Assembly: GCA_043228905.1 (NCBI GenBank)
Contig: JBHGNT010000392.1
Coordinates: 1 to 28,910 of the forward strand
Length of the DNA: 28,910 nt
Direction of reading: 5' to 3'
Source of the DNA: Azolla caroliniana
Lineage: Eukaryota > Plantae > Polypodiophyta
The position numbers were made by a program, and so were the translations under genes. The notes beneath the pieces were generated by a model. It was given only the letters and a program-made list of their open reading frames with translations, searched no databases and had not been told where the DNA came from. Shown here piece after piece: positions 1-10,800 of this stretch. Within the stretch, counting starts at the first letter, position 1, and every line of letters begins with the position of its first letter.

Positions 1-1126
1 CTGTTTTTCTTCATATTCTTCTGCGTTTTATTGCTTTAGCAGAAGACCACGTTTTTATGATTAGCATTCAAGGAAAGTTTCATCATTTAAAGTGAAACTG
101 AAATCTGGGCGCGTCTGTTTTTTTGGTAGAAATCTGCCGTGTGTTTAGAATTCTGCCTTTATAATTCTGGGTTTGGAAAAACTCTGTGCATTCAAAGAAG
201 TCATGAATGTTGTGTCTTTTTTAGCCACGATTTCTTCTTTCTTTAGAAACCCTAACAGAAAATGAGGCTTCATGTTTAGGTTTTGGGGGCAACCGGAGCA
301 TAAACTTTCCCATTATGTGTCTTGGTACCAATAATGTGAAACCCTAGAAAAGGAACGAATTCATGATTGGGGTTGGGAAAGACATGAATGTACAAGGAAT
401 TCCAAATGTAATCTGCTGTTTTGGTAATTAGTCTTTCTTGGTTAGATAGCCTGGCGTAAAGGGCTCTGCATTTGTATGGGTTCAGGGAAACCTACATTTT
501 AATCTGAAGGTGAGCAAAATAGTCTAACTCGAAAATTTAATTTCAAAACCATCAAGTATCATTTGTGAAAAGAATGTCTAGAAGAAATTATAAGATGTGC
601 ATGAAAAATAAGTAAAATGTGTAACCCGTATTGCAGGAGTACGGTTTAGGTATTTACAGTCTGACCATATTGAAAAATTCTGTGTAGTGTATTTTCCACG
701 TAAAGAACAATGGTTGATAATAACCAAATGGCTGTTTTTTGAGGAATTGTTTTTTGGTAATCTTCCCATCACTCAGGACGAGGGTTTTGAAACATTTGGC
801 TCTTTTTATCAGTATTGTTTTGAAGGATTTACTGGAAGTGTTTGAAACCTTGGGAGAATAAGATAATGGCTAATGTTAAAGAATAATGTGAGCATATCTG
901 AAGAACATTTCTTGTAAATGTGTGTCTTTTGTGATTATGAAAGTTTTTACCAGTAATCTTGTAGAAAAGCGTCGTAATTTAGGATTTAGGAGTAATGAGG
1001 AATATACAAGAAGAAATTTCCATCTGGTGTGTGTGAGTGTAGAAAAAATCCGTAATATTTCAGGTATAATGTGAGGTGTCCAATAAGATATCTCCTTATG
1101 CTGTGTGTTTTCATTTTTCCTAACAG

Positions 1127-1376
1127 TCAGTCGACCTCGAGAACAAATTGCTGATGCAGAGGCTCTTCTCGACATATCTGAGGCCTTTCTGAATATTGTT
1201 AAAGAATCTCGAAGGGGGGTTAGCATCAAAGCTTCAGATCTTGTATCTTCTCTTATTCAGAAATACAGGGAACATTCAAATGTTGGTGAAAATGAAGAGA
1301 TCATTCAGCTTGATTGGGGTGCTCTAGGGCTAGAAGCGACTGCCATCTTCAATGATGCCCCTGGGATGTCCACCAT
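1127..1376 (+). CDS. NSE4: NSE4 coding exon (first visible)
   Basis: Acceptor ttcctaacag (AG 1125-1126); (V)SRPREQIADAEALLDI...PGMST; donor GT 1377. Confidence 0.9.
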
Positions 1377-3300
1377 GTAATCTCCCCTCTCCCGCCCAAA
1401 TCTCTTGTTTGTATTTTTATTATGTCTTTATGGTAGGCCGCGTTTTCTTCTGTTCTTCTCATGTATTATATACTTAGGATCTTTTAGGAAAATGCTTCAA
1501 ATTTATAGGAGACCTGATTGTAAAAAGTATTTATATATTCCTATTCGAATTTTTTCTTTTTATAGTTATTTCCAACAAGCAAGTTTCTGATTTCCTTTTC
1601 ATGCATGAATGGCAGTGAAGTTTGAGAGAATGCTACAAATTTATAGGAATTTGGCAAATAAAACAAATATATTTTCATTGGATTTTGTTCACTCTTGAAT
1701 ATTTACAACTAGCTAGCTCAGACATTCAACCAGAGTGTTAGTCAATGAAGGCGGCTTTGCCCTGGAACATGGCATTCCAAACTTTCTAAACTTTCCACTG
1801 TATCGTTGTTTTAACTCTGCATTTTTTCTGACTGTAATTCTAGGCTTGGTCCCATGGATAGTGAAGCAAAGAAAAGGAAAATATCGGCTCCTAGAAGGCG
1901 AGAAAGGGGGCAAGTTGCTGAGGCTACGCGTCCACAAGCTGTAATCTTCCTCTTGGATATTTAATAGATTTGTTTGCATTGCATACACTTGGAAACTCTA
2001 TAAAAAAATCAGAAATACCCCTTGGTATTCATTGATTTCCTCAAATCCCCTTGGCTGACCCCTGAAAGAGCAATCATATGTCCTATTTGAGCCATGACAT
2101 GGTCAATTCATCCGCGTTTTTCTTTTAGTGTGCTATTGAGCAATTATATAGCCAATTCAACCCCCTTTTCTCTCTTTCAAGGTTTGACCAAGGGTATTTG
2201 CGAAAGTCATGGGAACTCTAGAGACAATTTTAGGAAAATAAATGAAAACTTGGGTTTTCCAGAATTTTACTCGAAATTCTATAGAGATCTGATGATGAAG
2301 AAAAGTTTTGTTAGATGGAAGACATTTTTATTAAATTTTGAATAGATGCATGTGCATAATATACATTAGATAAACTCTATATAGGTCTGATGAAGAAAAG
2401 TTTTTAGGTGGAAGATGAGGCAGGAGAGCAACGCACTGAGACTGATAAGAATATCAGAGTCATGTTCAATGTGATTCGTAAATGTGGCGAGAATGGGTGC
2501 GAACTTGAGTATCTCATTTTGAACAGGGACTCCTTTGCAGAGACAGTAGAGAATATATTCTTCCTCTCCTTCCTCGTGAAGGATGGTCGAGCTGGAATTA
2601 CAATAGAAAATGGGAAACAAATTGTGGGTATGTAGTCTACATCAACCTTTTTGTTAGCTATGTTTTCTAATGTATGAGTCACAGAAAGGCATATGGTTGC
2701 CTCCTCTTTTCCAAGCTCATATGTGGGTGGATACCTGCTTTCTTTCAGTATTCAAGTATGCTCCCACAGCAGATGAGAGGTCAGGAAAGTCCGATGGAGG
2801 TGCTGCAAATGGTCAAGTGGTGAATACCCAATTTGTCTTCAGACTTGACTACAAAGATTGGATGGTAATCTTAAGTTTTCTATGTTTAGGCTTCAGTAAT
2901 GTGCTTATTTTGTGTTAGGATTACACTGATTTTACTTCATATTTAACCTTAATTTTGTGATGGAGAGAGTGCACGTAATAACATTTTCCCACACTCCAAT
3001 CAACATATTTGCTTGCCTTTATTGTTCAATCTTCTTAACCTTGATTCCTCATAGCAGATAATGAAGGACATGGTTGAAACAGGAAAGGAACTTATGCCTA
3101 AGAGGGGGCAATCCTATCAACTTTCTGGTTCATCGGCTACACCGATAAGAAAGAATTCACGAAACAGAGGCCGGGTTACTATGCCTGAAACTGGCAATAT
3201 TTCGATTGAATTGGGTCACTGTGAAGACAGCGAGGGAGATAAGGATGAGGCAATAGATCACAATAGATCTCGGCATCGAGTCAAGAAGCTACTTATATGA
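1127..3300 (+). CDS. NSE4: Non-SMC element 4 (NSE4/EID3 kleisin, SMC5/6 complex), 5'-partial; exons 1127-1376, 1844-1940, 2408-2627, 2749-2864, 3058-3300 (about 308 aa visible)
   Basis: GT-AG introns with consistent phases join into one ORF. Plant NSE4-like motifs: VSRPREQIADAEALLDI, STMLGPM, TETDKNI, LILNRDSFAETVENIFFLSFLVKDGRA (Nse4_C), QFVFRLDYKDW, ELMPKR, TPIRKNSRNRG. Stop TGA at 3298-3300. The N-terminal exon(s) were not found in the window. Confidence 0.93.
1844..1940 (+). CDS. NSE4: NSE4 coding exon
   Basis: Acceptor ttctag (1843); (M)LGPMDSEAKKRKISAPRRRERGQVAEATRPQA; donor GT 1941; not in the ORF track in this frame. Confidence 0.88.
2408..2627 (+). CDS. NSE4: NSE4 coding exon (Nse4_C domain)
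   Basis: tttttag|GTG; VEDEAGEQRTETDKNIRVMF...SFAETVENIFFLSFLVKDGRA; donor gtatgt 2628. Confidence 0.92.
2749..2864 (+). CDS. NSE4: NSE4 coding exon
   Basis: tctttcag acceptor, phase 1; (V)FKYAPTADE...QFVFRLDYKDWM; donor gtaatc 2865. Confidence 0.88.
3058..3300 (+). CDS. NSE4: NSE4 terminal coding exon
   Basis: tagcag acceptor; IMKDMVETGKELMPKR...TPIRKNSRNRG...LLI-stop. Confidence 0.88.
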   Translation: MMKDMVETGKELMPKRGQSYQLSGSSATPIRKNSRNRGRVTMPETGNISIELGHCEDSEGDKDEAIDHNRSRHRVKKLLI

Positions 3301-4705
3301 TATAAATAGCTACTACTGTATATCCGAGCAATAGCTCCTTTTGATACATCCCTTCAGAGGAGGATGCTTGCATTTATTGTGAAAGTAACAGATGGGGCAA
3401 TCGTATGTACAATGTCAGCATCTTTTGGCTCATCCTCACTTGTATGAGTATGACACTAATATTGTGGCCATCTCTGTGGAGCTCACATGTAACAGCACAT
3501 TTAGGTTAACTAACTATGAATGAAATCAGGAATACTTAAACATAGCATGCTTCTGGAGAATAGCATGCTATGCATACCCAGATTTCTTGGGCTCTGCATT
3601 TCACACGTGTGAAATGAGGAACCATGTATTTTTCAACTGCCTGTAACAGAAGTGTTGAACAAAATTTCCACTTTCTGCATTCTTTTGTACAGACTAACAT
3701 GTATGAATTCATCTTTCTATCTAGCTAGAAATACAATATCTCAATATGTGTATTTGGATGTAGAAATATTTGCCAAATTGCATTGACTTAACTGGACATA
3801 ATGTGTAATTGTAATGGGCAAGGTGAAGTGTTTTGATTAGTAATGAATTTAAGGGAATATGGTAGAGAACTATAATCAGGCAAATTAACAAGGTAATCAA
3901 TACTTCATAAATAATTATATGCAAGGTGTTTAAAAATGGATCCTTTTAAATCACCATCACAGAAATGACGCTACATAACTTTCACCAACGTATAATTAAT
4001 ATAATTAACTTGAAGCATATGTTTGAACATCTATCCTAAAAGCACGTAAGTTTGATGTGAAACCCATACACTTTGAGAGTACAAATGCTGATGCATCAAC
4101 AACTCGGTTAACTTTGAGAGTGTAAACAGAATAATGCCATTATCAGTATTTCATGTTGAAATGGAAATGTGATATAAGGGGATAAATGCTTAATGTTTGT
4201 GTTAGGTAATTAGTAACATGATTAAATTGTCTGGCGAATGTTAATTTTGTTGGGCTTAAAAAACAATTCAAATCAATGAACCTGATGGGACATAATAATG
4301 GTACAAAATGTACAAAATGAAGGTAAAATAACACAATGAGGTAGGCGCAAATTGTCCGTGTGCTGCAACTTGCAGATGCTATGTTTACATCAGTCGCTTG
4401 TACATATATCAGTGGTCATTATCACTCTGTACAAGCTATAGATATTATCTTTACAACATACTCAATGCTAAAGTAATTATTTGGTAATTGTCATTGTGAG
4501 ATTTTAATCTATGTATATACACATATTTCCCAGGAAAAATGATGTTTTTGGTTCCAATGTATGTTTTACATTGCTTTACACGTGGTAGTCTTCATAATCT
4601 GCCTGAACTATTCAATGTGGCAAGCACGCTATTGATCACATGCTGCATTTTCTAAGATTGCTGATGATAGCCAATAAACAACATGAATGTCCACAACTGT
4701 TCTGA

Positions 4706-4850
4706 TTAATCCTTGTTCATGAGATTTTGTTGTTTTAGTTTCCACAAAAGAGCTCCAATTAGGTTGTTAGCTGAATGGGCAGCCATTGGGATCAACACGC
4801 TATGGGTTGCAACACAGCCAGCTCCATACAGGATTCCCACAAAAGAAGCC
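4706..4850 (-). CDS. CPBP gene exon 7 (terminal)
   Basis: [37 protein letters not shown]...D-TAA. Confidence 0.92.
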
Positions 4851-7800
4851 CTGCGACAGAGGTAACAGATACATATATGTACAGAGGTGAATACAAATAC
4901 TCCAATCAAGGAAAAAATATATCTTATACCGAAGTCACGTAGGAAGAATTCATATAACCATTTTATATCATCAATGCATACCTTGAATTGATGCAACTCT
5001 GTAGCGCTGCATACTAAAGATAAATGAGTATTTATTCAAAGGACAGAACCAGGCGAGCATTGGCAAAAGAAGAAGTGAAACATAATTTCAATGTTCACCA
5101 CCAAGCCAACAATAATATTCTACAGAGATACTTTATCTTGGACTTTGTATGACTAAAAGAGAGACCAAACAGAGGGCATGGCCAAATCATTCAAAGCCAT
5201 GCAAAGGTAATAAAATCACTGTCTTTCTTGTAACCTGGGGTTCTTTTAAGAACCATTACGAACTGTAAAGCCATCACATGCATTAAGATTATTAACATCA
5301 ATTTTTTAGGAAATCTAGGAGCATTAATATTTGCTCAGCACGGACAACCTTGAGTCGCCCGTAATTGTAAACCACAATCTGTTTCATAGACCAAATTTGA
5401 TCTCACGCAGTCAACATTATATCTTTCTTTCTTTCTCACTACCTCTTAGTTTTTCACCATTATTGTGCATATAAAATAGATAAAGAACCAAGAGATCTTG
5501 AAGCAGAGGTGATTTCTTTTTCTCCAAGAATTTGCAAATTTGCAGTGTGATTTGGTTTTAGGGTTCTCCAGAGTTTCACCATGCACAGCTTTAATATGAG
5601 GTGTGTACCCAAATGATGGATCTAAATCCACAATTTGATAAGCAGACAAATAGATTTCATGTGATATGCAAGAAGCTGATATTAATTGTGTTCATGGGAA
5701 CAAAATTATCGACAAAATGTGAATAAATCTTGACTGGAAAGTATGTTGAAAAATGGAACAACAAAATTGGACGTGGATTGCAATTTATTTTGAGAAAGAG
5801 TGTTCGTGGTCATTCTGAGCTTAAAATTGTTGGGGAAATTGCATAATCCCAGATTTGATAGGCAGTTCAGTATATTTCACATGACATGCAAGAAACTAAT
5901 CATTCCCTATGTGAGTGTTCAACACAGAACACACCAAAGTACAACAAAAAATGGACATAACTCTCGAACTAAAAGAAAGTTGGAAAAGTATAATTGCAAA
6001 TACTGTGAACAAATCATCATTGTTTAATCACGATACAAAAGAGGTGAGAAGAACACTGCTAGAATAATATGGCACGATGAATACCCTTGCTTATGGGAGA
6101 GCAACTTATCTTATAGTCAATGTTTACAGTATTATGCTGTGATCAATACCTATCGGACTACTATTATCAATGGTCATAGGTTGGATGCATAAACACTATT
6201 AAACAACTATTCACGCTAGTTAAAGTGGTTGAATTTTCACAATATTAAAACTAATTATACCATTACCAGATTGCAAATGCAGTTCTCCTCCCACCAGTTA
6301 AATGAAGAAGTCCAAATATAACTCCCGATATTGTGACTCCTTTCCAGTCAAGTCCAAAAAGTGGAAGTAATGCTCCACGAAACAAGAGCTCCTGGTGTGA
6401 TAATCAGGTTAAAGTCCAAACCATTTTCTCACAGTTCTTAATCATGCTCATAGTAATCCACTTCAAATGTACCTCACTTAAGCCAGGTAGCACAGCAGCA
6501 ACAACATAATCACCAAGTCCTAATGGCCTTAGTACCTGTTCATTGTGTTCTTATAATAGCAATTTGTGGATGAAAAATGTCAAAGCACGCAAAGCACAAG
6601 AAATAGAAGTGCACATGTAGATACCCTCCTCCACTATCATTACCTGTTGATTGGCTACATCAGATGATTCAGAGAATTCAGGCCACACTTGAATAAGAAT
6701 CTGGCGGGCAATTGATACAGATACCACGAGACCAAACAGCACACCTAATTGCCAAGCTTCTATATCATCTACATTTAAAAAAATGGGAGGACAGACTGTT
6801 AACCTCAGAAAAGCTCATTAGGCCAGCCACATACCAATGCATCCACAAATGACACAAAACCCACTAGATCAGGCTCTAATAACTCTCATGCTGATGCTCA
6901 TCTATTACCCCTTATGTGCTGTGTCTCCACAATATGAACAAGGGAGGCCATCACATGTGCAAAGGTTTTTGAGTTCAAAGACATCGTTTAGTATAAGAAA
7001 ACTTGAGAATATCTTATGATTTTCTCATCGTACGACTCTTATAAACTTTAATATGCTTGATACATAGGTATCTATCACTCGAAAGCAAACAAATAGCCTG
7101 ATTACAACCATGTGTGACCAGACTTTAATGTGGCTTAGCTGTTAGTACAACTCACAGAATAGGATTAACCAAAACTGGGGTATATTAAGGAAATGAACTT
7201 AACTAATTAAAAAGACGTTTAGGACGGCCTTTTTTAAGAATGTGCCCTGAAAGACTCCTAAGCTATTTAACAGAACCAAGAACTCATGGGGAAAAACCTC
7301 TCGTTAGTTCTACAATAAAAAGTGCCCATGAAACGTGTGTTGACACCAAAGTTTCATTAACTGTAACAAATCCCCCTTGAGGTGAAGGTGCGAACTTGAA
7401 TGTTGTAGATTGGAATCCAGGCGTTGGAAGAATGCCAAATCCCTTTGTGGAAGTGTTCATCAACCTTCTCTTGAGACAGTGTTGCAATATTTTCATGAGT
7501 TTACGCATAGACTGAGTTTACTTCAGCATGCATGGAACAGCTCTCTAACATAATACTAATGATGCACTTCACTATGCTTTATACATGCATGGAAGATAGG
7601 ATTCCTTGCTACAGCCAAGTCATTCTGATTATGTGTAAAACTGCAAGTGGGAGATACTTGGTCAAATGGCAAATCTGATAATAGTCTCTTGTGCCAAACA
7701 CACTCAAGAATATTCAGCTTCACAACTTGCTCTGATAATAGTCTCTGATAATCGGCATTGAATATTGCTCTGTATTCAGCTTCACAACTTGGCATTGCCA

Positions 7801-10800
7801 CTGGGTTGCTTTTTGCTGTGCAAAGCCACACAAGAATTGATGATCATGAAGCAGTTGCCACTGTGTGAGACAGGTGTCATAGCAGCCACCCAAGTCACTA
7901 TCATTGAAGGCAGTTAGAGTAGATGCATTGCCTAGATAGGCATATAGAGTTACACTCACAGATGTATATATGTCAATACAAACTTCTAATACATAGGAGA
8001 GTAACTCACAATGGTAGTCCCCCAATATGGTTACACCTTAGAGCTTAGATGGGATTTGGACTAGTCGACTACAAAGTTAGTTGACACAGATAATAATCAC
8101 AGCAGCTGTGTAAGAGAAAAAGGGTGGATATTTATATTCCCTGTTTAGTCTTATTGTCACATTAAATGTGCAAGTTGATAGTAGTGATATTCCTTTTTTG
8201 TCAACTGACTTTGTCATTTAATATGACCTAGCTCTATGGATACAAGCTAGTGCTAGATAGTACTTATCTTAAAGTCAATGGCACATACTTCAAGACTATG
8301 CATATCTTTTTCCCACATTGACACCTCATCGATCCATATGGGTTCGGTTGCACAATAGCTACTCCTTATTTAGGGGCTATCATTAAAATGTGCACTCTAA
8401 GAATACATGTGGGGATAAACTGACAACTTGGCGGTGATCATTGACTATATCTAACAACTGTTTTCATAAAACATGCTAAATTTAATAATACCTTTCAGAT
8501 ATCAGAAGACCGGCTTAGCTACTTGCCACACCTTCTTCCAAGACTCTGCTTAAATTAGCTTAATTGCGAAATTGAACCTTGTATGTCAGGTTTAGGGGTT
8601 GTGTAACCTGCGACTTGTTATAAGAAAGTATCCTATGATTCTCCTATTTCTTAACCAGAGATCCTGAATCCTGGTTCTATGGTAGTGGAAACCGATTTTC
8701 AAACCTGAATAGTTGCAGGTGCTTCTTGGTGTACTTTTGTTGACTCGGAAAATGACCTCAATTGTGACGTGCTAAATACTGAGATAGAAATAAAGATGGC
8801 CAAGATCTGCAATTTCGAATATCTTACTAAGATCAACCTTGAAATCTACCATTTTTTATGCGTTAGATCTTGCTATTAGAAAATAATCCACATAAAGCAT
8901 TACTATTACCATGTTTTTTCTGTCCTTCCGGACATAGAGAGAGCTCTTGATCTGTTCATGAAACCATCTTGAAGAATGTGTGCATAGATCTTTGCATATT
9001 ATGCTCGAGATGCGTGCTTCAACCCACACAAAACTTTCGTAATTTGTGAGCTTTACCTAGTAAGTCCTGCTTTGTATCAGTCAAGGCTACCACAAATGTG
9101 CACTTGACTTTGTAGACTAACTTGGTGCCAAATGCTTTTCTTCCTTTGGCAGATCACAGAAGTCCCAAGTGTTGTTCTTGGGGATAAAATCAGGCATTGA
9201 TTTCATGGCTGCAAACCTGTTACGCTTAATGTGTATCTTATGAAAGCTTTGGTGTGAACATAGAATAGTGTGAACCTCGTTAAGTGATTGTTGGGTTTCT
9301 AGCTACCTGTAGATATTAGTAATATAAACCATTCTACATCTTTGTCATAACAAGCTCGTTTTTCCTAATCTATTGATTTTCCTTAAGTCGTCTTAAGTGA
9401 TCTTGCTATGTGAGAGTTAGTCTAAGATCCCTGCATTTTTCACAAATGGAATCAGAGCAGGTTTAGGTTACTTTCTCTATCTTATTCTTCTTAATAGGCA
9501 TTCAAAGATCTTTCTGTTTATTTCTTTCCTTCTAAGAAAACGTCAAATCTCTCCATCTACAGTAACAACGAGTTCGAACAGCATCAAACTGTAGAGAGGT
9601 GGTTTTCTCTATTTTCACATTTTTAGAAAGTAGATTTTGAGCTGATTCTCTTGGCTACTTACATATCAAAATCAGATTTTTGGTTCTGGAGATACAACCA
9701 AACGAAGTTCAAAACCAAACACAAAGCAATTCTGAACTATGGCATGCTCGATTCGGCGATTTAAATTTCACTAACCTTGCACGGCGTAGCAAGGATGATA
9801 TGGTATGCAGTCTTCCTTCCATTTAGGTACCATCTAATTATGTTTGTGAGGGTTGTATTCTAGGAAAGATGCACAGGTTCTCATTCGATAAGATGCCAAT
9901 GTTTTGGCAACACACAAGCTTCAACTTGTACATAGTGATGTATGCAACCCAATGAGAACACCATCAATTGGAGGTTATCTTTATTTTCTTATAGTCATTG
10001 ATGATGCTACCTAACACACTTGGGTATATCCTTTGAAGGAGAAATCCAATGTCTTTTCATGCTTCAAAGAATTCTTACACCTTGCAGAAAATCTTAGCGG
10101 TCACAAACTTATTAACCGATAGAGGGGGTGAGTACACGTCTCAAGAGTTCAATGCTTTCTTGAAGGATAGAGGTATTATCTATCAATGCACCACTCCATA
10201 CACACCACAACAAAATGGTTTGTCTGAGAGAAAGAATAGACCTCTCATGGAGATAGCAAGTTGCATGCTTGACGGTAAGAACCTACCTCACAAGTTTTGG
10301 TTGGAAACTGTAATGTGTGCAAATTGTGTTTTAAATAGATATCCCACAAAAGCAATAAAAACTATCACTCCATATGAGGCTTGGACTAGTCACAAGCCAA
10401 ATGTTGGTCACTTGAGAATATTTGGAAGCTTGGCTTATGCATTTGTGCCACCACAGCAGCGACATAAGCTTCAAGACAAAGCAACAAAATGCATCTTTGC
10501 TGGCTACAAAAAAGAAAGCAAAGGTTATCAGTTGTTTTGGCCCACTACCGGTAAGAACATCATTAGCCAAGATGTGATATGTGCTGAAAATGCAACTCAA
10601 CCACTTGCGGATTGCTCCAAAGAGGCAGTTCTTGATCGATCAATTGTGATTGATACTTTGTTACCATTTCTCCAAAATGTTGTGTTTGAAGGTAGAGCAA
10701 CCAAACATGCTCCAAACAGAGATGTAGAGCAACCAAACAATGCTCAAATTGATCTCTTGCAATAGCCCAATGTGGTTGAAAATGAGCAACCAAATATTGT

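Noticed and set aside
1-1126. Possible additional NSE4 exons and short ORFs
   Set aside because: AT-rich, intron-like sequence with no recognisable NSE4 N-terminal peptide
3300-4706. Natural antisense overlap or functional link between NSE4 and the CPBP gene
   Set aside because: The stops are 1.4 kb apart, there is no transcript-end evidence, and the functions are unrelated (nuclear vs probably plastid)
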